64,000 nucleotides of DNA from Vermamoeba vermiformis (taxonomy: Eukaryota): assembly GCA_045837725.1 (NCBI GenBank), contig JBEWZL010000056.1, positions 372,001-436,000 on the forward strand. Reading direction: 5' to 3'. The first letter of the stretch is position 1; each line of letters starts with the position of its first letter. The translations under genes and the position numbers were made by a program. Below are positions 37,281 through 55,887 of the stretch, in pieces. Under the pieces are notes generated by a model. The model was given only the letters and a program-made list of their open reading frames with translations, did no database searches and had not been told where the DNA came from.

Positions 37281-40200
37281 ATGGCGCGAATTATCTTCTT
37301 AATCGTATCTGCGTTGCTTATACTAGCGAGTGCCGCGCCTCTTCAAGTAGTGGACTTCAGCTATCGACTCAAGCAATTTGAACTCATCGACACTGTACTG
37401 GACGCAATTGCTTTAACGGCGAAGTTCGATCAGCCAGTCTATCACAACGTAAGCTGCTTCGATAATGGAAAACAAGAAACCGCTGTATTTGCACCATGTT
37501 GTGCCTATAGAAATGTTACTGGCTGCGTTTCTAGCGGGAACGATAACGTACCTTGCGTGGATTTTGAACATCCGAGCTTGAACAACACAGTTGGCTACAA
37601 AGAATGGACTTACTTCTATGCACATGTAGATAACTACGATTCTTGCCACTCCGTGGTTATAGAGAACTATGCAATTGGTAAGTGGATGCAGATCAATGCC
37701 TGAAATAGGTTTTTTTAAAACAATAATATGATAATAATATAATGATAATTGTAGGTGGAGATTTATTTTCATACCTTTCTTTTTAGTCAAGCCTTTTTTT
37801 GCTCGATATTTTGATAGCTCAAAATTAATTTACCTGCAGGATTATCGTATTTAGCAGTCTCAGTTCGAGGTATTTATCCTCAATACACAAATGCCGACTT
37901 TTTATCGGTTACTGTGGCTGGAAACGCCCAAGCAATGTGTTGCCATGAGATCCGGCGGCGCAACCCGAACTGGAACGGTGATCTGCACTTTGGAGTCGTG
38001 GGAGGCGCTGCATCTACGTTTGATATTGTACTATGGAGTAAGTAGTTGTTTTCTATCTCACGAAATCTCCAAATGCGGGCGACACTTGATTCGGAATTGC
38101 TGAAACTCGTTAAACTAATTCATTAATGATTTCGATATAGATACCACTAAACTACCAGTAGAAAGGTTTTGGTTCTTGCGTAAGCTTTGTTGAATTTGCG
38201 CGGTAAATTAGGTCAGTTTCTAAAATCGCTCGCGTTTAGCAACGGTCACTGTCACGTGCGATGGCTACGAATTCACCTCTAATCAATGCGATGAGGGACT
38301 TGGTTGCTTCTTTGCTCCACCCACTCAGGATCCATTGTACGACGTTGCTCGATCTATGGGGTGAGTAATCAATACCACATTAATCATACTTACTAACCTA
38401 TATAACCAGTTCAATAGCACGCATTGAGCCTCAAGCACAACAGTTCTCCATTAGTCTCATAACGAGACAAGTGCAATATGTGAACATTAAGGTACACATT
38501 TGACACGCGTCATTTTGAAGCTAACGCGAGTTTATCCATAGAATTCAAATGTCATATTTCCGTTCCCCAAGTCTCGACTCTACGACACGAGTTGCAGATA
38601 TCACTTCCCATCACTCGTCAATGCAGCTGGTGAGCCCTTAACGGACAGCATTGCACCGCCAAGTCTGAAGCACGTGCCTTGCACAATAGACGGCTACAAC
38701 TACAACTTGGAAGGTACGTTCTCGAGCTTGTGGTTGTCAATCTAATACTCAATTAGCATTCCGCACGTATGTTAACCAACTGGGCCAATTGAACCCTGAA
38801 TCGTACACCGACGCAGGAGAGGCGCTGTTGAAAGTCCTCCCTTACGTCACATCAGACAACTGGACTGCGTGCAATGAACTCGTGCACGACAACTTCCTCG
38901 ACCAATCAACCACACAAACTACGATCACTGACACGACTTCGTGTTACGAGGTTGAGCCAACTGAAGCTTATGCCAATGACTCGTGTTGCAATCCTAAGTA
39001 CGTATACTAGTTATTAGGCTCCTCGTGTTCTAATATCTTACAGCACTCAACTCACTGACTGCTGTGCTGCACGTGACGTCATTGCGTCAGTTGACTCGTA
39101 CTCCGTGTTGCAGGACAATGTGCAAGGTGCTTGTTCAGCGTATAGATGTTCATTGGTAAGTGTAGTAGTTCTACTCTTCCTATTCCATACTAATGTACTG
39201 TTATTAGAACAATCTCGGGGACTATATTGTCTTGTCCCAGTCAAGTGATAATCGTAGATCTGGTTGTGCAGCACGAAGCACTCAAGCAACGGTCAGCACC
39301 TTCAGTTCGAGAAAACAACTGTTGGCGTGCATTCAAAACTTCCAGCCCCAACAATGCTCTCATGAGTACGTCCATCAGAACGATTTTTCTGGCGTCTAAT
39401 ATTGTACACTAGTTCTACCTGTCGTGCCCTGGACATCAATTCAGTGTGCTTGCCCTCGGGCCAATGCTCTATTCCGTGCCAAAAAGACAGCGATTGTGTC
39501 ACAGACGCGTGCACGACATTCCCGTACACGAACATCACTACGTGCAGGACACTCGGTGCAGCTGACTTGGTCGCGTACAACGATACAGAACTCATGGGAC
39601 TTGGACTAAAGGTAAGGCTAGCACATCTAATATTTATTGTACTAATAGATCTGTGATAGTGCTTGGAGACCACATTGGATCCGATCATTTTGTTCTATTT
39701 GAGAGATAATTTAGGCCTGCCAGGTAAGTTGTACAATATACCAGTGCATGGGTGACTAACTTCAATACAGCGAACCCAACACAAGATAGTATTATTGACG
39801 CATTGCTCGCCAAGGGCACCAAAGGCGCGTGTCTCGGCTTAGCACCTGTCAACAACGAGACGGAGTGCAAAGCTGTCCAGTCGTGCAATTGGTTGCCTTG
39901 CAACTCCGAATCTAATCAATATTGCAATGAAGGTGAGTGCTATCAATGTGAAGCTTTCTCATTATTAATGGTGTTGTGTAGCGACCTGCTTGGAGCCACT
40001 GTTAGGTTCAGATCAGTTCTGCGGCACGTGCAATGCAGGGCTGTGCATTGAAGTAAGTGGGGTCATTGATCACTTGCATGACTAACACCTCCAACAGGTC
40101 TCCACATTTGATCACTGCGAGTACAGCACTGTGTCGAATGATGAAACTGCGTGCACGAGTGTTGGTGGCACATTCAGTGGCTTGAGTTACTCGCCCGTTA

Positions 40201-43054
40201 TCTCACAGCGATGCTTATCCAACGCCACCACTCAAGTCACGTGTTATCAAGCGGAGTTTTGCAGTTCTGCCTCGGTAAGTTGACGCAATTATGATTCGCT
40301 CCTTCTTACGATGTCTTCAGGCAAATTGTGCTAATAAGTGCTATGTGAGCGGAGTAAGCTCGCAAACTGAGTGCGGCACTATTGGTACTATTGGCGGAAA
40401 AACACCTTCGTGGGTTACATGGGTACGCAACAACAGTACTTATGGCCTGTGCACTCTCAACTTTAACAACTACGCTGCTTGCACTGGCGCTGATGCTCGG
40501 CTTAAATACTGGCCTGGCAGCACGTGGAAGTCTGGTCTGTTTGACACGCAAAACACTTGCGAGGCCTTTGGTCGCTGTGACTCGTTACTCGGATTGTACA
40601 CTGAACAGTCGTGTACCTCACAGTCTCACTGTGTAGGCAATGAGGCACTGACCAACCAGTCTGCTTGCGAGGCACAAGGCACGTGCGATGACTTCATTGG
40701 CTGCGTGTTCCCATTGCGAAGTGACTCTTTGGACTGCGCGATTCCATTGCAGTGGAGTCCTATTGGATGCATTGACTTGGCAATCGGTAACGAGACACAG
40801 TGCCTCAGTGCTAACGGGTATGTAGTTGGCACCGAATATGGCTCGTTTGTTAATTTATCGTCGTTAGTACATGGACCACGCAGGCTACCACGCGCGAAGA
40901 GTGTGAGTTCAAGGCACAAGTCTGCTTTGAAATGCTCTCATCTGGCGTGCTGTCACAACGTCCTCGCTCAGGCTCACAGTTCCCAGTCAACTACTCCTTC
41001 AAAACTCCGGCTGAATGTCGTGCTTGCGGAGGTGTGCCGGGCAATTACTACTCGTGGAACCCGTCGTACTATTGGGCGCCCCGAACTTTCACACCATTTG
41101 AATGGCGTCAACGACAGATGACCAATGGAAACTATTGGATTCGTGAACCAAAAACAGAGTACTTCTTCGACATCGTGCAAGCAGCTGTTGGCAGGAGATT
41201 TGCCAAGGTCCTCGAGTCTGAAATGTTGTGCCGGTACGTGATATTAACTCGCAAAAACGATGCTAACGTTAGTCTAGTTACGACCAACTCCAGTCCTCAT
41301 TGCAAGGACTCGTGTGTGACTGCACAGGCACGGGAGCCACTGATTGCTACGACGGTTTCTCGTCCTCGGTACTCGCGCTGGACTCGTTCTGTTCAGGTGT
41401 CGCCGATTCATTCAGCGCTGGTGACGTGACTATCAGCTGCGACACTGACTTGAAAGTGCTCAAAGCTAATTGTTTGCGCGTTGAGGTCTCAGTCATTCCC
41501 ATCTCGCAATTCCAATCGCTTGCTGTCTCCTCGCTCAGTGCTGCCTCGATCTCGTCGTCACAAGCTGCCCAACGACTCTCGGTAAGTCTTTTCAGGAATA
41601 GGAAACACCGCATCTAATTCAAGCAGGCCCTTTACATCAAAAACAGCGCAGGCGTTGCGGTTGGCCAAGTGTTGTCGAGTGGATTTAAGATTCAAACTGA
41701 TCTCTCGTTCAAAGGAGATATTAACGTCTGTCTCACCTTCCCATCAGTAAGTTCAGCTGCGAAGTGCCGCTGTTTTGCTAAGTGCTAATCCTATCAATAG
41801 GACTTCACGTCAGATCTACCGCTAGAACTGTTCGACTACGCAGTGCCTAATGAGGACTACACTGAGTTCGTGCCACTCGGCTGGACTGATCGCGTGTCAG
41901 TGAATGGCACTGTCTGTGTGACGCTGCAGAACACGTCAGTGACGTACTTCCCTGTGGGTCTGCAACAAAACTGGGAGAATGCAGCGTTCATATCAACATT
42001 TTTCCCAGCACAAGTGTTCTACCTCTTCTTCGGTGCATTCATGTACTTGCTCGTGTTGCTCTTTACGTCATATCATTTCGGCGTGCACATCAAACTCCGA
42101 GAGTCTGAACGACCGTTCTTCAACTTATCCACCTCTGCATTGTTCATCTTGATAATATTCTTGATAAGTACGTACTGGACGAGTTCCGTGAAGAATTGTT
42201 GTTAACTTATTAACGTCAGATCGATTCATCTACATGATACTCATCGTGTCCGGAGTGATGGACAGGAACGGTGAAGTCGAAGTTATTTTTTCATCGTTCC
42301 CTGCGCTGTTGTTCTACGTCATCTACTCGATCATTGTGCTGCGATGGTAGGTCAAAAAAAGCCGTGTTTAACAATGTGATTGACACGACGACTTTAGGGC
42401 CGAAATCTATCACTTCACCATTCAGACTGGACAGCGCGGTGGCTTGTCGAAGCTCAAGCCTGTCATTATCGTGTTGAATTCATTCTTGTCCTTGGCTTTT
42501 GTGCTGCTAGTCATCTTGTACTACTCGCTCGATGACAACGCACCACGTGTCATTAACTGCGCGACACCTGACTCAGAACTCGAGCAGTTGACACGCGGTG
42601 ACATTGTAGCGATTGCATACAAGACCTTCTATGCTGCAGTGTCCATCACATTGTCAGCTCTGTTCATTATCTATGGCGCACGGTACGTCAACCCAGTTTC
42701 TTGCAAAAGAAGGTCGGATCTAAAAGTCTTTGCAGTGTGATGCATCTTGTCTTGGCCTCGGTTAAGAAAGACTCTAACGCTACGTCTGAGAAACGCCGTA
42801 CACGCATGAAAGCATTCGAAAAGGTATGTGTACCATACTTGTGACGCAAGTTCTAACCCATGTCAACTTGACAGTTGTTGGCCGTGTCGTGCGTTTGTAC
42901 AGTATGCTTATTGGCTCAAGCAGCATTCTTATTATGGAGCTCGGTACTCTCAAACAATAGTGCCTCAAGTGGGCAAGAGAAGTTCTTTGGTATTCTCACA
43001 TTTTTGTTAAACAACAAAGGTGATACTTGGTGTACATCTAAAGCAATGTGTTGA
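37281..43054 (+). CDS. Very large Cys-rich ectodomain receptor with C-terminal THH1/TOM1/TOM3-type multi-pass (7TM-like) domain
   Basis: Signal MARIIFLIVSALLILASA. More than 20 exons with Cys-rich repeats (NNETECKAVQSCNW, TQNTCEAFGRC, NQSACEAQGTC). TM region with IRFIYM, FPALLFYVIYSIIVLRWAEIYH and FIIYGAR. The 3' end is uncertain. Confidence 0.72.
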
Positions 43055-44274
43055 TTCGAATCAGCATTAAAGAACCAGGACTAAGGCAAGTACCTCTAAT
43101 CCATTAAATATAATACCAACGCTAATTAATATTGTGGTGCGTTCGATAATTAATTCTAAATTGTGGCCAATTTTTTGGTTGCGTAATAATAATTTTCCTA
43201 ATTTCTTAACGGTAATATTTTGAAGATGGCCGTCAGATCCTGGACAGCTGTGTCGGGATTCGAACTACGTTCAACAGTGAATACACTGGTGTTATTAGGG
43301 GTACGTATCATTTTTTGTAGATACTGAGAAGCTATTCGGTGCAATAGACTAGTAATCGCGGACTGATTTTTCCTGTGATCTGTTCACCCACTCACAACGT
43401 ATTTCGTTCGATAACAACTTCTAAAGGCATAAATATGCGACATAAATGACAACAATGTTCACCTCCGCGCGGTGCGGAGAGCGTACAATTCTTACGGCAC
43501 ATTCGTATCAATTTTCTCGAGTTTTTTTGTACCGCCGCACAATCTGGTGTTCGGATTAACGAATTTCCTTATCAGGGTCCGAGATACGCTTGGCCCTGGT
43601 AGGCGAGATATGTCGCTTCGTGAACGCCCTTTTCATTGAAAATTATTGAATTTAAATTTAAATATGTTGTCTCATTTATTAATTCGCCGTTCCTCTCGGG
43701 ATACGCGGGATTGGACTCCGCGTATAAACCCTTTATACTGTATGCACATACAAGTATTCCTATACTTTACCACTTCGGGGTTAGTGGATCGCTGATGACA
43801 CGTGTCATCGAGTGGATCTGCGTAATTACAAATATCCTCGAATATTTTCAATAATTTATACGACGCGTAATAAAACAAAATTAATGCGAGGTAATGTCAA
43901 TTCGTCACTGGCAATGCATTCCGTGTACTGCCTCGTAAAATTTATCTTACGAAAAAATTTTCGAGCAGATCTGAGAGCAAACAACTTTTTAAATCGTAAT
44001 GCAATAGTATTGCGGCATTAGTCTATATAAGGCGCAGTCGATGAGGGGAATTTGGTCGCGTGTGTGAGCAGTGGCTTTCCCTTATTTGGACTAGCAATTT
44101 TTAAAATTTCTGTCGAGTTTCCTTCAGATTTCTGTGCGTCAATATTTTATACACAGCCTCATACGCTTTGATATTCATTTAACTTTACGCTCAGCGAACG
44201 GAAGGTCACAGATCTGCCGTTCATACCCCAAATTTTATATATTTTTTCTCTTTTCGTACTATCTTGGCTACACT

Positions 44275-46349
44275 ATGAATATACTGCTACAATTGATCCT
44301 GATGCTACTGATCGTCACGTTCTTCCCGTGGATCATGTTCTGGAATTTGTTCCGTATCGGCCGCTTCACCCGCGTCTCAGAAAAGCTGTCATCAGATCAA
44401 CGAGTCCACAAGCGGCCAAAGCTTGCTAATTGGGCCTGGAACCAAGAATTCACGCCTGAGAAGCTCTACATCCCGACCTCACTCGACGACTTGATGAAGA
44501 TTCTCGCTAAAGCCGCTCAAAAGGGCAAAAAAGTCAAGCCGATCGGCAGCCTGCACTCGTGGTCCGGATGTGCCGCGATTAATGACGGTATTGCCATTCG
44601 ATTGGACCACTTCAACAAGGTCTTAACCGTGGATCGCGAGAAGATGTTGATCACAGCCGAGGTACGTTGTGAATCGATTTTCTAGAGCGGATCTGACAGC
44701 GAATAATTTCTCCAGGCCGGCATCATTTTGAAGGACTTTTATGCTCGTCTTGACGAAGAAAAATGGGCATTATCATCGTTGCCTAATGTCAATTGCATTA
44801 CCTTAGGAGGAGCGATTGCTAATGTAACTCACGGTACCTGCATCCAGGTTGGAACTTTTTGCGATCTCGTTCAGGTAAGCAAATTAGCGTTGCTCATAAA
44901 TAGATATGCTATAGTAATAGCCGACGTATAATTGGCAAAGCGAAAGAAATTTGGTATTTATTTCGTTCTGTTTGACAAATTCGTCTTACGGCAATTTTAA
45001 TTCCGCTTAATTAGAGAGCAAGTAATATATCGTCTAGTATGTCTTATTAACGGAATTAATTACCCAATAGGCCTTGAAAATTATTGTTGTTCGCAATGGA
45101 AAGCCCGAGATGTTGGATCTTCGTCGCGATACCTCGGATCCCGAAGAATTGCGCCTCTTCGAAGCAACATTGACCTCGTTTGGCGCTATTGGCATCTTAT
45201 ACTCCATCACCATTAAATGCAAGCCCACTTTCAACATGTTCGTGCATATGCAGCTCAATCCGTACACAGATGTGAAGCATAAGATCTTAGAGGTGGCTCG
45301 TAAATCATATTCCGTGCAAATAGCCGTATTTGCGTCATTCCCTAAACCCATGATTCGCTTCAAGACTCAAACTCCGGTCGATCCTGTCGTTCCATTGGTG
45401 AGTTGTCAATTTTACCGATTTAGCCTTATCTGGCAAACGTCACGTGATCGTGAAACTGACTTGATATTGATTTGGATACAGTGGAAATTTATAACGATGC
45501 TTTATTTGAATTGATTGTTGGAATATTCAAGTTAATTTTCGACGAGATCAGCCTTATAAATTAATTATTTTCGTTTATAGCCCGTCAAGCTCGGTGGTCT
45601 TTCTCAAGTCGAAACTATTGCATCGTATATTGCTTTATGGGCCTATTCTCCAGTCTCTTCTTTCTTGCAAAAACATACCGCAAGAATTTTGAGCAGATTC
45701 GCCGGCAGTCCCTTCATCTTCAAGCAACAAATGCAATCGCCTCACACTTGGCTCACTAACTGGCGCGATGGAGAGTTGGAAACCACCCTTATCAAGTTTG
45801 TAAAGGCTACTCCTTGGATCAACCTCGAATACGCCATTCCGCTCGATAGAATCCTCGAGGCAATCGATCAATTGCTCGCCTTGGCTTATGAGTATCGCAT
45901 TAAGCACAACTACAAGCGTTTCTTGCCTATTATTTTCAGACCAGGTAAGATCCCGCAATCGAAAAAAATTTGAATCCTTGTAAATCGATTCTAATTAGTA
46001 CTTTATAGTCGCTGCTGATACTCTTGGCTATATGAGCCCTACTAAAGGCAGAGAAACTGCTTACGTCGACATCACTTACGACATTAGCGACAAGAACGAC
46101 ATCCGCTTCAAGTTCTTCCAAGACGTCGAAAAGATCTTGTTGAATTTAGACGGCCGTGTCTCGTGGTCACGATTGTTCTTGAAGGACAAGAGCCAAGTCA
46201 TTCAAGCTTACCCCGAGTACTACAAGTTCTTGGCGGTCAAAAACGAGTTGGATCCGCAGAACATGTTCAGCAACGAGTTCTCGGACGCTGTATTGTTCCA
46301 AAAGACTCCTGGCAAGATCGCTAGCGGTGGTATGAATTACGAAGGTTAA
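44275..46349 (+). CDS. VAO/PCMH-family FAD oxidase, L-gulonolactone/D-arabinonolactone oxidase-like, with N-terminal membrane anchor
   Basis: LANWAW, VKPIGSLHSWS, ITLGGAIANVTHGT, FGAIGIL, LEYAIP, DPQNMFSNEF. Hydrophobic N-terminus. Confidence 0.85.
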
Positions 46350-47227
46350 TCGTACTCTACGTTACTAAATTTCATGTAAATAATGCATATTACTTTAAAA
46401 TTCCAATGAATAAATTTTAATAATACTTGATCAAGTATTGATGTGTTCAAATGCGCGTTGTCGCTGCGTATTAGCCGCACGGACCTCAATACAATCTAAT
46501 TGTGGATTAAATATGAATATGGACTTGGTTGTCCTTTGATCTAAGGAAAAGTTTTGGCTTGAGAATTAATTGGTCTGAAGACCAAGAAAGGTTTTATTCG
46601 TTGTGTTTTATAAGTGATAGTACTGTCGATGATCGATAAGACGATTCAATTCAGACTCGATTCAGATTGAATGAAATTTATTTCGGTACGGTACACTGAA
46701 AATATGAATAGCTTTCTATGTGGCTGAAACTTAGTAGTCTCAACCAACTGAACTTTATAGATTTTGTTGATTTGAAGGGGAGAGTAAAGTGCTATCACCA
46801 ATTCGAATCGAAAGTAATAACTGGAACGTTCTGAGTGGTCATGTTGCCAACGCTTGGATCGGAGCTAGTAAAGCATGCGTTGACAGGGCCTTCCACTTCC
46901 ATATCGGGCATTTTGTTGGGCGAGTTGTGGTGTTCTGGGTGAGGGATTAAAAAATTAGGTCCGAAGACGAGAAATATTTTGCTCATTTAGCATCGAGTTA
47001 TTTGTTGACTAGGTAATGATAAGATATGTACCTTAGGCAGTTGAATTGCGATGATATCACTGCTTCTCTTGTGTTTCGAACGGATTTCTATTTTTGCCTC
47101 TGGCTAATCTCGGCATAACAAGATAATTTTGCCGAAACGCAGGACAGAAAAAATAAAGCGAGTAGTCATAAATCAAATGTTCCGAATGAATGCGCTTCTA
47201 AAATATTCTATTTACACATTTTACATC

Positions 47228-49561
<2,334 letters not shown>

Positions 49562-50370
49562 TGTACAATGTCAGATCTGCAGTATTTAATGACGACGTTA
49601 GTACCACTTGTGGTGCTTGATGGATTATTTTATAACAAAAGTTACAAAGCGCGTTGGTATATTTAGTTTAGGCGGAATAATTCATCCACGTTTTTGATTT
49701 TGAATTTTTTCGTTAAAATTTCACGAGCAAAGTTAAATAATCTTACCTTAAAAACCTAAAGCCAAGTTCTTGACCAAATAAGGATTGAATTTCTCAACCA
49801 TCAACATGTTGATTGGCATCGTGGATATTTGCTGGACCAATAAGACTCGGGCATGAACGTGCGTTGTTTTTCTAATCTTGCTATTCTGTCCAAAGTACCG
49901 GACATTTGAGGCAGCTTGCTCTTGCAAACAGCCACGTAGTTGCCCAACCAACGAAGTGAAATCTTTATGCGAGAAGGATCCTCTCGTTCTGAATTATACC
50001 ATAAACGTTAATATAATCAAGGCTGTATAATTACACGTTATTATTAAGGTAACAACAGTGCTGTTACGATTTTTCGGACCACCAAAAATAATTCAATAAA
50101 TCATAAATTCTATCTTTAGAAATTAGTTAAGAGCTGCCATCGATTTCCATATTACGTAATTATAACGGATATAATTATTACGATTTATTCTGTATTAATT
50201 AGCTCACGTCCGTAATAATGGATTAGCTTACTACTAGTAACCGAGGTTTAAACTAACTGTTGCCGTTGAACGGGAAGGCATTTATCGTTTTACGCCATTA
50301 ATCTTAGTATCTTGTTATCAATACGATTGATTTACTTTACAATAATTTTATGTTACAAGGTTTTTTGGCT

Positions 50371-52590
<2,220 letters not shown>

Positions 52591-53462
52591 ATGTTGTTAT
52601 CAGTACGATTTTTTGGAAATAATTGACTGGAATTTAATACCACAGCTCGATAATCTAGATCGCGGATAAATTCCAAAATTAGAGGAGGGTTGTCCCAGCG
52701 TTGATAAAAATGGTAAGTTTGCACTGATTAGTGTTGGATTTCATAGTTAGTTAAAGCAATCAGCTGCTAAGCGAGATTGGGATTGGAGCGTTTTTGGCGA
52801 GATCGAATCTCATCGGTAAGCTCAGGATACCAGACAGGAAGGTTTTTGACAGAAAAGCAATGACATTATGGGAATAAAATTACCTTGATTCAATAAATGC
52901 AGGGTGACATCTGTGAGTTGCAGGCTTGCAAAAACTTTGGGCGCGTTCGAACTAAATTACCTCATGACAACCACAGATGGATCAAGGCCTTGTTCGCGTG
53001 CATTGATCTAATTCTGTTATTGCAGCGTTAGTAAGTATTAAATCAGGAGAGAAGTCAGACTTGGTTTTGACTCGCATTCACTGCCCCACTTAGTTTAATA
53101 TTGATTTTCGTCCAACACAATATATTTGTAAATTATTTGGCAATAGGAATTTATGTTATTTAAATTACTGCGCTGGTTGGCCAATTAATCTAAATCTCAA
53201 AGCAGGCAAAAGAAACTTACAATTGCCACAGAGTCTAATGTATTCCCAACAATAATACAAACGTAATCGTAGGCTCGCTAATTATGAATGGCGCCAATGA
53301 AGATCAGACCGATCTGATAGAGTTCGCTTGATCGAATAGTGCCGCATGGTTGCAGCTCAAATCGGCTGTTAAGCAATGTGCTGCTCTTGGTTGAATGCAA
53401 ACGGGCACTAAAGTAAAAGATTTTGGTACCAGTGAAAACTCGCAATTTTATTTTTGTAGCAG

Positions 53463-55767
53463 ATGGAGCACAAGAACAGCGCTACTTTTGGGCCCCATCG
53501 GCCTAGCATAAACACACAGAGCAATATAGTCATGGGCATGCGTAGCCAGAGCATACCTGCGGCTGCGGAAAAGCCTGTCTCCCCGCGACCTTCAGATTCG
53601 ATAATCGAGGTCGGAAAGACAGCAGCTAAGGCGATTAAAGGAGAAAAAAGTGCCAAATTTGAAGAAAGCATTGTAAATAACACGAACCAAAAGCAGCCCG
53701 TAGTTCCGTCTATAAAAAATATGGCGCTATTAATTAGATCGAAGCGAATGACAGTAGCTGCGTCACCGAAGAAAGTTATCATACAAAGAATAAAGAGATC
53801 AAAAAGCTTGTCAGATGGCTTCAAAAATAGTTGGGATTATTCGTCAAACTTCGTTGATCCAGAAGAAGCCTTTGAAGATGAGACACTTAAGAGCCTGCAA
53901 GAGAGCATGGAATTGCTTGAATTAGAGAAGAAGGATTTCGAGAAAATTAAAAACACAATTATAGCACGAGGGCAAGCTGAAGATTCTCCTCGCGGTACAC
54001 CTGATCTGAAAAAAGAAAATGGAATCGTTTTAGGAGTCTCAAAAGAAAGAATGGTCAAATTGATAACTAATCCAGTCAATAGTATAGGTAGGAAAATTTC
54101 AATTGTTTTGTAACGGTTATTTTTGGATTCGCATCTCTTTCGAAAAATACTAACCGACGCATTTCAGAACCCGATACTCTTCATCGTTTTCTACTCACAT
54201 ATAGACTTTGGTTTTCCGCTGAAGAACTGCTGCGGATGATCTGCGACCGGTAAGTAAATTTCAAATTTTAATTCTATTGTCACTGGTCCTGACGACTCGG
54301 GCAGCTATAAATCAACATCTCGTGGTCGCTCTGGAAGCATGGTAGCATATAATAGTGATGAAGAGGCTCGTGTAGCGCTTTGGGTAAAGTAAGTCTAAAA
54401 ATAGTCCTCCGGCTCTCGTTCTTACGAATCATATCAGAGTGTTGGATGTAATTAAAATATGGATAGCAAGGAACCCGCACGATTTTATGACGCCTTCTGC
54501 TCGAACTCTGCTCGAAATCTTTACTAGCGAAGCAATCACCTCTGTAAATAACCTTCAAAACGTTACCAATAAGAAATCATTACTGCAGCTGATAGACATT
54601 CTCATGAGCTCCGTAGCTGTACGTAAACCAGCATTGTATTTAATTTATCTATGGATTTAACCCGTGCTGCAGAAACTTGGAGCCGGTCCCACCATTAGGC
54701 GGTGGTCAGTCCGTGCCAAGAAGAGCGGATACATGCGCCCATTGCAGCCTGTAAAGAAGGAGAAATTGACTTCAATCCTCGAGATTGCCCCTGTCGAATT
54801 TGCACGTCAGTTATCAGTGTACTGGAAGAAACTGATGGATCGTATACAACCGGCGGACTTTATCTTAACGAAGAACAACAACGCAGGACGAAATGCATTG
54901 ATGAGCTTGACAGACGAGTTCAACACACTGACGAACTGGGTCACGCACGAAATTGTTACTACGGCCAACTTGAAACAACGTGTCAAACTCTTGGAACACT
55001 TCTTGCTCATTATTAAGGTACACACGAGTCTATATTACTCATAAATGCTAATGTTATTAATTCAGAAACTGTTGGAATTGAACAACTTTTTGGGTGCCAC
55101 GGGTGTTTTCTTTGGCACGCAAATGATGGCTTCTCAAAGGCTTAAACAAACGTGGAAGGTACAGAAATAACTTTAATTAGTGTTATCATATGACTAATTA
55201 ATGGATTGCAGGAGATCAACAAGAAACACAAAGATTTTATTACATCGTTGACGGCACTCTTCGGGCCACTAGGCAACTTTGCCATGTTGAGAAAAGCAAT
55301 TGCGAATAGGTTTAAAACTGTTGACTCGCCCACAATTCCATTTCTACGTAAGTTTTATTTGTGTTGATTTGATTATTGTGTTGCTAACCATCCCCAAAGC
55401 AATCATTCAGAAGGATGTAGTTGCGTTGCACGAAGTTTATCGAGACACAATAGAAGATGGCTTGATTAACATGAAAAAGATCGAGTCACTCGGCACATGT
55501 CTCCTATTCTTTTGGGAATGTCAACAAGCATCGTACAAGATTATCGAAGTGCCGCAGATCCAAGCGTTCATTCAGACAATTGGGCCTATTGTAGAAGACC
55601 GCAAGTTAATGCAGTATTCAAAGCAATGTGAACCACCAGTTCTCGAGCATTCGAAAGAGTATAAAAGGCGGACGAAAGAAAAGAAAAAAGAGCAGAAAAA
55701 GAGAAAACGCGCCAAAGCGGCGGAAGATCCAATCAAAGCTATCTTTGGCTCGTTAATGAATAATTAG
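53463..55767 (+). CDS. RasGEF (REM + CDC25 domains)
   Basis: REM: FLLTYRLWFSAEELL, VLDVIKIWI. CDC25: EFARQLS, EFNTLTNWVTHEI, ELNNFLG, RLKQTWK, PTIPF, GLINMKK, YSKQCEP. The start may lie in a short upstream exon. Confidence 0.9.
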
Positions 55768-55887
55768 ATCGTATACGGCCTAACGTGTAATATTAGTTGT
55801 ACATATGTAATTGTAAAAGTGCATTTTTGGTTTTTTAATGTTCTTTTTTGTTCAGTAATTATTACATGAGTTCATGAACGAAACGCA

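Noticed and set aside
39715-39723. Apparent 9-nt microexon (TTTAG|GCCTGCCAG|GTAAGT)
   Set aside because: The upstream exon from 39660 reads through it in frame (..YLRDNLGLP), so no extra intron is needed.
43250-43320. GTTCGAATCCCG on the minus strand, resembling a tRNA T-loop/B-box
   Set aside because: The T-stem does not pair, and no acceptor, D or anticodon arms can be formed.
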